Below are positions 1 to 12,388 of a stretch of 64,000 nucleotides of DNA, one piece after another. The notes below the pieces were generated by a model. The model worked only from the letters and a program-made list of their open reading frames with translations, ran no database searches and had not been told where the DNA came from. The position numbers and the translations under genes were made by a program. Source of the DNA: Schizochytrium sp. TIO01 (lineage: Eukaryota > Protista > Bigyra: Labyrinthulomycetes). The stretch spans positions 620,001-684,000 of the forward strand of contig SMSO01000005.1 of assembly GCA_004764695.1 (NCBI GenBank), written 5' to 3'. Within the stretch, counting starts at the first letter, position 1; each line of letters begins with the position of its first letter.

Positions 1-846
1 ATTTGAGGATTTCCTTGCATTGTAAGCAAAGATACTCGGAGGCTGGATTTGTCACAAAAGGTACGACAGCCCTATTGATCAAATTGAAGGAAGGGGATTG
101 CTTTTACCAGTACACGATGTTACTGTCGTTGCTATTGTTGTTGTTCCCAATTTCTTCAGACGTAGCGTGCCGCTTCTGACATTGCCAATAGCTGCTTGTC
201 TTTGGTCTTCTTTGGGGAAATGGGCCAGTAAAAGAAACCCTAGGCAGTTCGATTATCTACTAATCTAAAGAACCTGTGGCCCCTTTCCCCTCAACCCACG
301 CCCTTCGTTGCTCTCTTCGGTCGGTGAAGCGTTTAGATGCGAGGTTTCCTCCACTACGTGCTTCTTCAATGCTAAACGCCCAAGTCAACTGAGGACACTG
401 AAAGCCTGCACGGAGCAGAAGACCCGCACAGACGGTGGCAGGATCAACCCTACCTACGCCTCGTTGCCACGATGGTCGCTGCCGATCCTCGATCTCTCGT
501 CGATTATTGGTCTCCTGTTGCGCTCTTGGCCACGCGGCCACTCAGACTCTGCTTCTGTGGCTTCTCACTGACGTGATGTAGAAAGAAATAGAAAGCACAG
601 AGCCACTTTAAAAGGAAAAGGAGAAAGCAGAGAGAGGAAAGGGAAAAAGAAGACCTCAGATTGACTCAGAGATTGACTCAATCGACGAGAGAATGGAAGG
701 GAATGGACGCCACGGAGACAGAGGCGCAGCGAGACGGAGCGAGACGGAGGCAGGCACAGGCAGAGGCAGAGGCAGAGAGAGAAGGAGAGGCGGGAGAGAC
801 GGGGACCAGTTTGAAAACTCTCGCCAGCTTCGATAGCCGTACTCGG

Positions 847-946
847 TATGTATGTATGTATGTATGTATGTATGTATGTATGTATGTATGTATGTATGTA
901 TGTATGTATGTATGTATGTATGTATGTATGTATGTATGTATGTATG
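847..946. repeat. (TATG)25 microsatellite
   Basis: Perfect tetranucleotide run; explains the MYVC/HTYI ORFs in the track. Confidence 0.98.
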
Positions 947-2319
947 CACTCTTCTACTTGTTTCCAATGTGCTGTTCTATGCTTTACAGTGTTTTCCGCG
1001 CTCGCTACTTGCTACTTTCATCAGTCTGTCTGCCTGAGGCGGCGGTGATGCAGAATGCACCTAGGTACCTATTTGTCGCCAACTTTGGATTTGCGTGGCG
1101 GCAGGATTCCTCTTCTCCTGCACTTTGTTTCGACTCGCTTTAGAAGGGTTGTTGGAAGACGCCTAAACGGGTATTGCCCGGAGATAGGTGCTGCTGGTAG
1201 CTCATGTAGATAGTTCGTTAGTTAGTTACACTGGAACAGACAGACGCTCTGTGTTTCGTGGTGTTGCAGGTCATGGACTCAGAGGGGCTGCGTGAGTTTT
1301 GTGTTCGAGAGCAGAGTGTTGATATTCTTTTATGGGCAGGACACATTGCAACTTGAAGTACCGTGGGTGTAAGTAACTACAGGACCTCCATCTGAAGCGC
1401 GGCATCACGTGAAAAAGAAATGAAATGAAGAGGGAAAGGACACCCAAAGGTTCATAATGTTTGGTTTGCAAAGGTTATTCGAAAGACACCTTCTTCGTGG
1501 TAGATGGTGATTCTGTCGAAACTGCCGAGATTTTGCTGAGAGTGAACCAAAGCAGGGTTTTGAGATAGAAGAATCAATCGTGCATGGACAACCTATTCGT
1601 AGGATTGTTATAGTTGTTGTTTGTTATAGGTCAAACTTTATAGTTTCAACCCCTCGCTGGCAAGTACGAAGGGAAAGTGTAAATATACATTCTTGGTTTA
1701 ACGCATAATCTCAAGAGCTTCCATGCTGAAAAGTTAGATAGTATATTCTTCTGATTTTACATATTTAAACCAAGTAAACAAGTTCCACCAAGGGACTTAC
1801 TTGGCAACTTAACCATGGTCATCATACTTTGCGCATCACTTAGATCACTACGTTGACATTCGTTCTTGATCTCTTCGAGCGCCTAAATAAGCAAACTGGC
1901 AGCGAATTAGGTCACCATATTTTTCCAAGGAGGAAAAACTGTATTGTGCTACCCGTTGTGGTGTAAAACTTGTAATTCTTCGCATCTCTAATTCCTATCG
2001 TTAAACTTGTCATCTTACTTTCTGGAAGGAAGCTTGGTATCTCAGAAAATCGAACTTTGCAATAATACGAAAGCACAAGTAAGGGTTTATGGCAGCATAA
2101 CATTGTCTTAAGAAATTGAATTTAAAAGCAGACCGAATGCACCGCAGAATACATTGTAAATTGGTGCCAAATATTATGAGTAGCAATCATCAATCTAACG
2201 CACGATTTTTTGAAGAAGTACAATACACTTTTCCCCGTCGTAGAGAATCAAATGGTTTTGGGGGTGACACATCTTTTTCAACACTTTTCTTGGATTGTGA
2301 TTTCACATCAAGACAAGGC

Positions 2320-3309
2320 TTAAATGATCTTGGCTTTCTCTGCAAGAGCGGTTCTCCAAATTTCCTCTCCCGTTTCTGGATTCATGTCAAAACATAGTTT
2401 AACAATAGAAAGAAGGTGACCAGGTAGGTACGCAATAATAGTTTCCGCAATGAATTGGGGTTTGTAGCGTGCAGAGAAATGCATGAGATATAGGGCCTGG
2501 CAGTTGTCCAATGCACCTCGTTTTGCAAACCTCGCGAGCTCTTCAATGTGGATGTGGCCACGCTCTCTAGCAAAGGAGATATCGCCATCAAAAAATGTAA
2601 GCTCCATGCAAAGTGTGGCAGCCTGAAGAAATAGAGCCTCAGGGATATCCAGGGCGTCTATAATTGTGTCACCTGTATATGCAAATTCAATCGTTTCTCT
2701 GTACACGAAATCCTCAGGCATAGGAGGTGACTTTTGAAAGCGCTTTCGTTTCTCTTCTGGACTGAGGTTGGCAAGCTCTGACCTAAGCTCTTTTCGTTTC
2801 GTCTTCACCGCATAGCCTACAGAGGGAACTCTATGCATCGTCTTGCACACCACAACACTTGCATCTCCTCCTAGATCAATTTCTTGACCTGGATGCACGC
2901 CCACTATTTGCAAAACATTTGGATCAATTCCCTCCCCTCCATCCAATCTCGCCATGGCTTCCTGTGCTGCCGTGAAGTCATTTACTGCAGCTTCTGGCAC
3001 GTAATATGTGGTAATAGCGTTTATTGTAGAAATTTGTGAATCATTCTGTTTCTGGCTCGAGTTTGACTTGGGTTGCGATTGCTTCTGTTGCTTCATGCCC
3101 CGGACCCGGGCATGTAGATATGCTGCGGCGCAGTGGTCTGCGTGTCCATGCGAAATAAAGACGTGTGACGCCGAAGCCGCACCTCCGAGTTGTTCGCGAG
3201 CACCAAACCTGCCCACATCAAATAATAGCGCCTTACGTTTACCTAGACCACGATAGAGCACCGTGGTGCCCATCCCCGCCGCTGACCAACACTCTACTTC
3301 GCGAGACAT
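2320..3309 (-). CDS. Short-form tRNase Z (metallo-beta-lactamase fold), TM/plant TRZ1-type
   Basis: FISHGHADH (HxHxDH), FDVGR, HRVPSVGY, basic flexible arm KRKELRSELANLSPEE, FAYTGDT, MELTF, ARERGHIH, LMHFSARY: ordered motif set of TM-type tRNase ZS. Confidence 0.85.
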   Translation of the reverse strand: MSREVECWSAAGMGTTVLYRGLGKRKALLFDVGRFGAREQLGGAASASHVFISHGHADHCAAAYLHARVRGMKQQKQSQPKSNSSQKQNDSQISTINAITTYYVPEAAVNDFTAAQEAMARLDGGEGIDPNVLQIVGVHPGQEIDLGGDASVVVCKTMHRVPSVGYAVKTKRKELRSELANLSPEEKRKRFQKSPPMPEDFVYRETIEFAYTGDTIIDALDIPEALFLQAATLCMELTFFDGDISFARERGHIHIEELARFAKRGALDNCQALYLMHFSARYKPQFIAETIIAYLPGHLLSIVKLCFDMNPETGEEIWRTALAEKAKII

Positions 3310-4119
3310 CCTCGTTTTCGGGACACTTTCAGAAGCGTGAGATCGACAAAGACAGCCTGGCGTAAAGCAGCAGACGTTTCAGGCAACTTCTGTCCTAATA
3401 GCAGCAGAGGCAGTTTCTGAGGCTGTGCTGCGACGATTTCGCATTCGAGCGTGAGCCCATAAAGTTCTCCTTCAGGGTCTGCATTGCCCAGTCAGGAAGA
3501 AAGGAAAAGCAAAGTAATCTCTGACCTACAGAGTGACAGTGTTCTATTTAAAGAAAATCATATCGAATCACGACTCGGATAAAGTAACTGCAAACTGACC
3601 TTGAGAAAGAATCCAGCTGAAGACATTGAGGTGAATGAACACACACCACCTAGGAACGAATGTTGTTGAGCTCACCTACTTCTTTTTCTTTCTTTTTCCT
3701 CAGAGTATAGCATTGAAGTACAAAAGAGTAGTTGGGAATAGTTTGCGACGCATTCATTTCGGCCGGCCTCGATTCGCTTTGTAGAAGTTTAGCTCTGTAC
3801 TTTGCGAAGAACTTGTTCTATTCGTGCTCGTGGATTATAGGTACATTTCTGCAGGGCGAGGGCTAGCATCGATGACACATACCCAGACTGACTTGAGTCT
3901 TAGCATTAGCGGACTGAAAGAGAGGAAGAGAACGGAGGAAGAGAACGGAAGACTTCGGAGACTCGAAGTTGTAGGAAAAAGCAGCTCTTATTGTCATTGA
4001 TTGTCATCTTCCCTGGGATTGCCATTAAGTGAGTACCTAGCTAGTGTTATTGATAGTTAAGAGTAGCGAGCATAACTAAAGCTAACCATATCAAAAATCA
4101 AATCCTCAACCTGGTCAGG

Positions 4120-4208
4120 GTGAGTTTAGCTTGCTCTAAAAAGCCTATCTGCAAGATCCTGTCTTCTATTCAATCCCCGCGACTTGAGGATTTCGCAGCT
4201 CCGCACAG
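4120..4208 (+). other. Possible 5'UTR intron of the 4216 gene
   Basis: GG|GTGAGT donor-like site at 4120 and GCACAG acceptor-like site ending 4208, 7 nt before the ATG. Prediction only. Confidence 0.35.
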
Positions 4209-4215
4209 CTCCGCA

Positions 4216-4641
4216 ATGTCCCTGGCAGCCGCTCCCGCCTTTGGGGCTGCAGCGGGGATGATGGCTGTGCCAGGAGCGACATCTCGCGGAGAGGCAGCGC
4301 TTCAGAGAGCACCTCTGGGAGTCACAGACCGCTTCTTTGGCGTCATCAAGGGCGCGGTGGTTCTTGGGTGGTACTTTTGGACACTTCCATTTCGCATCGG
4401 GTGCTCCATGGCTCTAGTCTTTTTTCTTCGGGTAGTAGCTCAACCTCTAGACTTCGCGCAGGACCAGGTTCTGGGATTTCAGGTATTAGGGGTGGAGAAG
4501 ACCACGAACAAATTTGTAGCGATTATTAAACCTCTTTGGCGCAAGGTGTTTCCCTTTAAGGATCAGGACATTGACATTATAGACAGGCCAGATGCTGTGC
4601 AGAATAACCTTGGACAGCACCAGTTCCAACAAAACTCATTT

Positions 4642-4685
<44 letters not shown>

Positions 4686-5394
4686 AAATTTTACTGGAAC
4701 CCAACGCGTAGCTGGCGCTGCCCCAGCATACGCACCAAGTTCAAGATATAGCGAAGCCTTCGATATGGATGAGGATGATTTCCAAAGACCTCGTGAAGCT
4801 GTTCCAACTCAGCGTGATTCTGAGTATAGCCGACAGCGTCCAGTAGAAACTGAAGGACGGCGAAGATCAGAGGGGAGCTCTTATGAGTATGATCGAGGAC
4901 GTAACACATCAAGCACGCGCCGCCGAAGGCCTGATGTGCCACTCCATTCCAGGTCAAGTAGTCTTAGTGATGATGTGAGCGATGATATGAACTCTGACGA
5001 ATCAGAAGCTTCGGTCAAGCTCCCTCCTGCTGCAGTCCATGCATCCGCCGCAGAAATCGACAAGGCTGTTCTATTGGCTATTGAAGCACAGCAAACGCAT
5101 GTTGTTGTTGAAAAGCTCTTTTGGGTTGCCGTGCTTCTTATGGCCATTGTAGGTGTTGTTCTCTTTCGAATTGATTTTACTCGCAACTGGTCAGGACAAA
5201 AGATTGCGGACGTAGAGCCAGCCATGGGTTTTGAAGGAATATATGGTGTGTTGCTGGTTCTCACTATGGCGTTTCGATCTGATTTCCCTTTTAATCTTGG
5301 TATTCTCATGCTTGTTGTTTTTTATGCAGGCGTCGTGTTTGGAACTATTATTTCACGAAACGCTTTCGCTAAACCATTGGCACAGCAAGACTAA
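4216..5394 (+). CDS. Uncharacterised multi-pass membrane protein with poly-Q and R/S/D-rich disordered centre
   Basis: Long ORF; first ATG at 4216 (the track start at 4120 is the GTG of a GTGAGT donor-like site). One N-terminal hydrophobic segment and about three C-terminal ones; (CAG)12 at 4645-4680. Divergent from the tRNase Z gene. Confidence 0.8.
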
Positions 5395-6188
5395 AGGCGT
5401 TGAGTGCTTAAACCTACCATTTTGTCTATTTTGAGTTTACTTCCTTTAAACTATAGTGAACTTACCTCTAGCCGAGCCGTTTTAACGCAAGACTATTTAA
5501 ATTTCTGTTCCAAAATATGCTAAGATTTTGTTTTATCCATCGTTTTGTTCCTATGCGCCACATTGTTAAAAACGAGGTAATTCTTTTCTCCACGCTCTGG
5601 CGAATAGGTACCATCTTATTAAACAAAACTATCACACAACGTGGGTGAGCTAGTCAAGATGACACTAAGCAGCGCGGAAATAATAAGACATTCTAGAAAG
5701 TACATGGTGAAGTTCAAGTAATCACCGTCAGAAAAACGGGGAGATGCAAGATGATGAAATATCCTCTTTTATGATACGTTTGGTGAATTTTGCTTCTGAC
5801 AAATCACGGAAACAGGATCGATTCATCGCTCTTTATTAAGTGAACTAGTATCGTGCCAGTACGGAGGAGAGCTACAATAAGATGCAAACATGAAGAAAAG
5901 CATTTAGTTATCGAATTGAGATACCGAAAGAGGACTAACGTATCAGGCTCTCTCCCAAAAGTAGCCTTAATGATCTGGTTGTTTAGATTTATTAAAATAC
6001 TGATTGCTTTGATCCAATTTAGTTAATTTTTTGATAGTTGCATTTAAAAGAATGAAGTCTCAGAAAAAGAGAGAGAGAGAGAGAGAGAGAGCATATCCTG
6101 AAAGTATCCAGAATTTGTGTTGATTTAATTTCAAAACTTTTTATTTAAAAAAAAAAAAAATTAAAAAAATCCATTGGGGAAAAAACAA

Positions 6189-6299
6189 AGGTCGCTACGA
6201 GATTCGAACTCGTGAGTCTGACGACAGCAGATAGTTGGACTTCTAGAGTAAATCTTGAAATCTTCGAATCTGTCCCCTTAACCACTCGGGCAAACGACC
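6189..6299 (-). tRNA. tRNA-Ser(CGA), 30-nt intron type A (6233-6262)
   Basis: Cloverleaf: acceptor GGTCGTT/AGCGACC, D arm CCC/GGG, anticodon loop TT-CGA-A^A, long variable arm, T arm ACGAG-TTCGAAT-CTCGT; intron at canonical 37/38; oligo-T Pol III terminator follows. Confidence 0.9.
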
Positions 6300-6935
6300 A
6301 CTCCATACCATGTTGAGACTGACGTACTTTATAAATCAAAATAATATTCAAGTACAAGTTTATCAAGTTGGAGTTGAATTGATATTAAGACCAAAACAGC
6401 CGCGCATAGGAACTAGAACAGCACGGATGGAAAAGTATAAGTTATTATTCTATGTTGAACCGCTGTACTTGATCTGGTGGTTTGGATGCAATCCTGGAAG
6501 TTGTTCCTCCTAGATCGATGAAAACTTGAACTTGTGTAAACCTCCCTCATTTCATTACTGTTCTTGGAATGTAAAATTCCTTGGATTTCAATTTTATTGA
6601 GCAAACTGAGTGTTGCAGTATTGTGCATCGCATATTGCACTGTCATTGTTTAAGACACGGGATGCGCAAAAATATGAACTATGGGCAGTTCTTCTCATCT
6701 CTATCTCAAGATATTCCATACTTCCTGCATCTGTCGCTCGTATCTAAGCATTAGACTTAGTAAATGTTGATGAGTTCAACATACTACAGTAGTCTATTAA
6801 AAGATGACAATTGGCTGAAGGCTTATTTATTTATTATTATTTTATTTTTTGAGTTCATAAAATAAAAATAAAAATTGCTATCAAACAATAATGAGGTAAT
6901 AACAATAATGAAGTAATTGGCAGACGCAAAAATCA

Positions 6936-7045
6936 AGGTCGCTACGAGATTCGAACTCGTGAGTCTGACGACAGCAGATATTTGGACCCTTAGCAAGCGC
7001 TAACAATCTTCGAATCTGTCCCCTTAACCACTCGGGCAAACGACC
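6936..7045 (-). tRNA. tRNA-Ser(CGA), 29-nt intron type B
   Basis: Exons identical to copy 1; different intron with internal TTAGC/GCTAA hairpin; T5 terminator. Confidence 0.9.
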
Positions 7046-7226
7046 ACCACTGATGCTAGCGACCCGTCACAACTAGAAAAAACACCACTTACTCCGAATC
7101 TAAACGGAGGAAAAAGAAAACACACTTGTACCTTTACCTAAGCACTAGTAGGCAACACCTTTTCCCTACAATAGGCTGAGATATCAAATGTTTTTCAACA
7201 AGTGAATGGAAAGGTCAAAAAAATTA

Positions 7227-7337
7227 AGGTCGCTACGAGATTCGAACTCGTGAGTCTGACGACAGCAGATAGTTGGACTTCTAAAGTAAATCTTGAAATC
7301 TTCGAATCTGTCCCCTTAACCACTCGGGCAAACGACC
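7227..7337 (-). tRNA. tRNA-Ser(CGA), 30-nt intron type A
   Basis: Exons identical; intron differs from copy 1 by one base; T7 terminator. Confidence 0.9.
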
Positions 7338-7416
7338 GCTAGTGAAGGGGAATTCCCATTACATCTTCAAAAAGCACCTAAGTGAAACCTATAGGAAATA
7401 AATTGATAAAAAAGCA

Positions 7417-7526
7417 AGGTCGCTACGAGATTCGAACTCGTGAGTCTGACGACAGCAGATATTTGGACTCTTAGCAAGAGCTAACAATCTTCGAATCTGT
7501 CCCCTTAACCACTCGGGCAAACGACC
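7417..7526 (-). tRNA. tRNA-Ser(CGA), 29-nt intron type B
   Basis: Exons identical; intron differs from copy 2 by two bases; T6 terminator. Confidence 0.9.
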
Positions 7527-10500
7527 AAATTCATCTTACTTAGGAGGGTCTCTACACATTAATATATACCGAGGGTAAAATGACACTGCAAAGAGACTAG
7601 TGATTATTGTTGTGGTTGAAAGGTAGTCACAAAAAATGTAAATGTCGCATTTTGTTAGCGATGATGGGGGCTAATCAATAGTAGTGATATTTTACGCTTA
7701 TTGCATACGTTCACTGATCTAGCCCAGAAGCTGCAAGAAAGAATTGTACGCAAAAAAGTAAACATCCGAGCATTATGCTACTGAGATCAAAGCTACCTGT
7801 ATCAAAAATTCTGTCGCTTTTTGGGTGGAGTTCATTCAACTTTAGCCAGAAAGACTTTGATTAAAATCATTAAAGATGAAATTGTAAGCCCCAGAGAGTA
7901 TGATTTAGCACTACGAAATATTTGCAACTAGCTTTGTCATAAAATATATTTTAATTATATTGGAGTGTTGTCTGAAGTTTTGAAGACGATTTAAAAAGAG
8001 TTTACTCTCCCAAACTAATGGAAAATTGTTAGGAAAAAAAGCTATTCTCCAAAAGCACTCAGGATTGGCGGGTGCAATGTTTGACCAGAACCAAATGCTA
8101 TGTTGGGAGTCTTTTTTATCAACACAAGTACTAAATAGCAAAGGTACTTAACCACCGATCCTTTTAGCACTTCTCCACCAGTATCATCTTAGCTACACTA
8201 TATCGTGCGAGAAACAGAATAGTTGTTGGGAGTACAGGATAAATGGTAAGGTTGCAGATAAGTCTGATGATTATAAGAGATCCTTTAGTAAGGAAGCGAG
8301 TGTTACGTCCTGAAACAGGAAATTTGTTCATGGTATTTGCAAAAAAGAGTCAAGTTCCTTCTACACTTCGGCAAAGACACCCGAGATTTAACAAGCCAAA
8401 GACACAATAACTTCACTTACAGCTGAAAGTAACTTCAACAAAGAATGGGCTTTTACCTATACTAGCAAAAACTTTCGCACATGTCTAAGTCACATAATTT
8501 GGACTGAATATGTAAACATTACCAGTATATTCTAGCGAAGGATAGTTACACCATTTAGATTTGACCATTAAAAACCAGAAACTATGCGTACTTTCGGTTG
8601 ACCAAAGCTCCTTGGTTTTATTTACAAACCTATTTCACGACTCTATTTCTAAAAGCACTTTCCCCACTTGAAATTTCAACCATACCTCTTGCTCTGCTTT
8701 GCGATAGTACGCCTTCGACGTACATAGAAAGTAAAACAAAAGGAGACTTGATTTGCCATGGACGTCTTGTGCTTATAGTGCTATTCAAAGTAATCTATCG
8801 CGATGTGAGCACCTTACCCTGTATGCCCCTTGACCATCAGATGATGCCCATCTGTACTCGAACCATTGTTTATATGGACGGATAAGTGCTCAGCTTGAGG
8901 TTGCTTCACACCGAAGGAGGTTTATCTTTGACTGTAAAAGTGCTATGGAAACCCAACGAGAGAGATTAATAGCGCCCGTAGTACCAATCATAAACCACCA
9001 ATCCCTTCCTCAAATAGAGAGTGTTCGTCTTTAAGAGGTAACCATTTTTTCGCATTGTGACGTAATTCTTAATCCTGTTTTTTTCTCCTTTCAATTCCCC
9101 AATAAAATACTCATAGCATGTGCGTAGCTCAGTTTAATAAAATGCTTGCGACTATGTATTGACCCAAAGATGTGAAGGATTTCTTACCTTCTATCATGCA
9201 GGTTTTGCAAAAGCGATTTCATCTTCCTGAATCAATTGCCGCTAGTGTAATTTGTCACGTTCATCCTTCGCCAAGATCAAGCATACATTCAAAAACGACT
9301 AATAGTGTATCTGTGACACCTTACAATACGTCACGTTTCTTTAAAACTTTCTATAATAAGCCATAACAACGGCTCAAGCATACGCAAACTTCTCAATCAA
9401 ACTTAGCAGTGAATGTACAGGTTCGACGTACTGGTTGGGTTCAAATATATATGACCTACGAACAAGATTAAAGAAAAATCAAATTTTGTCAACCAATGTT
9501 ATAAAAATGTCACGCCTCCTCTTGACACCTTAATTCATTTATTTTCAAGTGTCAAGAAAGGCTTAGAGATAAGTTTACAAAAGCCTTCTAGCTTGAAGGA
9601 CGATACCTAATGTGCTTTATTTTCATCAGAATGACTGTATAGATCGCAAAGACAATCTGCAAGTATCCCCATAAAAGTCAAGATGCGAGCAAGAAGCAGG
9701 TATCAATCGCTCCAACTGAGAATTGCAAAACTTCGAAGCAAGCTATTCCACGATAGTAGAATTATATAAGTTGAATACTCCTTTAGTCATTCTGCTTGCG
9801 AGCCATCTGCTGGAACTATAGGCCATCAAATAACTTGACAATATCACATTGCCGAGGTTTATATCGTTGAATAAGATGTGCTGTCCCTTCAATGGAATTT
9901 ATTGTCAGAAGTAAAAACCTCTTATGAGTGTCCAGGGTATTTCCGCCTGTGGATATCAGAATCATAGAAGGCGCTGAAACTTAGGTAGAATAGTCGTGGT
10001 GATCATAAAGGAGGATTAGCAGAGTATCAAATAAATATCAAGTTGACTTATGATAAAGAATAGAACAAGAACGCCTTAAAGAAATCTGACATACTTCTTT
10101 GCTCCTGAGATTAGAAAGGTGCGACCAGAACCACAAAAATGCTTCCAGTTGTAGTGTTGTATAAGAAGCAATCATTAAATTAAAGTAAAAATAGCCTGTA
10201 TGAGCGATAACTGTCTTTGTCAAAACTCCATTTTACATGGCCAAAAAGTATAAACAGCTAACTATAGATAAGTTCATATGCAATGAATAGATTTGAACAA
10301 ATGTGCTGAACGTTCTGACTTGCAATTACCAGGGTTAGTGGATCTAGCAAAGAGAACGCAGTAGGCAGTCGTTCGTCTTACATCCGCTAACCAAATTTGA
10401 CTCTTCCTTTACTGCTGAGAGTTTGAAAGAAGTTGGCTATCCAGAGAAATGCAGGAGTCAAAATCACCATGTTAAAGTTACGAAACAAAGTAGTACGTTG

Positions 10501-10902
10501 TGAATTTTCACTCCTATATAAGTTAGTATGTATTTGCGTCTAAAAACAGTATACTCAGTGTGCTCAACGCATCAGGAGAGTAGGAAACAAATTTAGAGGT
10601 TATGAACGTTCTTTGTTTGGTTTGGCCACAACGCCCGTAGTCTCCTAAACCCTGACCCAAGTAATTGGATAGATTAAAGTTTCTTTCAGAAGTTTGCTAT
10701 TTAGTCACACTTATGTTGAATATGAGAAATAAACGCAACTAAGAGTGTCTAAACCGTTCTTTGCATAATCCTGTTATCTCAGGTTTTAGTTCTCCTAAAA
10801 CTTGAGTCCAATCCACTTCCATCATGAGCGATCTTCATTCCTCGAACGAAGCAACGAAATGATTGTAGCTCTCCTACAAATTCCAAGGGCATCCTATGAG
10901 GC

Positions 10903-10947
10903 CTTCTTCTTCTTCTTCTTCTTCTTCTTCTTCTTCTTCTTCTTCTT
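10903..10947. repeat. (CTT)15 microsatellite
   Basis: Perfect trinucleotide run. Confidence 0.95.
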
Positions 10948-12388
10948 TACAGCATCACCATCCTTGCTTGCGTTGCTGCTACAAGCAAGTACCCTCCTGA
11001 CATATTGAATTATATGCATCGACTAGGTACGATCAAGGTGGTGTCAATAAGACTTTGTTTCAAACTCGTCATTCATACGACCTACCGCTGATTTTTTGGC
11101 TATTTACATGGGGGTGCCCCGAGGCACCCTAAGGCTATCCCGACTTCTAAAATGCTATTGAAGAGAAAGGTTTCGTATCTGGAAGTGATGAATCCAGCCT
11201 AATATTTTAGGTAGTCAGTTCCATAGCAGCAGTAGTTGGGTCATACACAACCACCATTTCAAGATTAGGTAGGTACTACTCTAGACACAAGAAACGCTAA
11301 TGCTGGAAGCAGCTGTATTTGACTGGAAAATGGTAAACTTAAAGATAGTGTAGAGGACATATAAATATATAAGGAGACTGGACTTCCTCATTTGGTCTCT
11401 TTTGTGTTGGGTAGCTAGTAGCAAAAAAACTGCAACTTAGACTTGGGAGTGATGATGTTTATCATCGTATAATCTATCAAGAGTCAGCACAAAATAATCA
11501 ACCTGTAGGCAGTACACCATTCGAAGAAAAATATTTAAGATCCATCGTTCTGGATTTAGAGAATTTTTATAGCACTACCTCCGTCGATAGGATTTGCATA
11601 TTTGGTAATGGGTTCAGAAAAGCAACCAATATCATTTTTTGATGTCATGCCAACCGCCAACCAGGGATGTTTAAAAAAGAAATTATGAACACTGTTTAAA
11701 CAGCGGGCCTACCAGGAATTGAGGATTATGGCAGGCAAGAATTAAGAGCTCGCGTTTCACAGACAAGGGTTTGAAGCGGGTTTCGTGTTGTACTCTTAAA
11801 AAAAACAAAAACAAAAAACGGTATCGTTGTTGCTCTCGTTTCAAATTGCATCGTACCCTGTTTGCTTTTGATAATTTTACTCTGATCTACCTGAACCACT
11901 GTATTTCGAAGAAAAAGTTCGAGCTCTTTAATCTCCACATGAGCTGTCCCTAATCACTGCTTCGACCTTGCAAAGTGTTGCTTCAAGCCTGGGTCAATCA
12001 TTCAATCCAGCTTTTTAGATACTTCTAGTTACAGCTGACAACTTTCAGGCAGTAACTACCTACTACCTTCCCTTTAGGCCTAAACCTCTTCGGCTCATCT
12101 ATCTCATCCATTGCAATTCCATCTATCGTCATCTTCTCCGGTTGCCTTTACCTATCATAATGATAGATGCCTACTATCTTACGCACTGTCTTCATCTTCC
12201 CTCATTGATGCTACTACTGCTACTACTACCACTACTACTACACCTAATCCTACTACCACCACCTATCACATACTCATAATATCGCGCCCTTACAGAATGG
12301 AGCCCTTCGTTCTCTTTAGTCCCGACCACACATTTCACAAGGGTCAGGTTAGCCATTAATTCGGCGCATTATGGCGCCGCCGCAAAAA

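Noticed and set aside
656-1143. ORFs with MYVC/HTYI, LLAC, KEGR or poly-F repeats (also at 17.3, 24.7, 26.4-27.0 and 28.7 kb)
   Set aside because: Artefacts of stop-free microsatellites.
6189-7526. CRISPR-like array (identical repeats with variable ~30-nt inserts)
   Set aside because: The repeats are tRNA exons and the inserts are canonical 37/38 introns; eukaryotic context and no cas genes.
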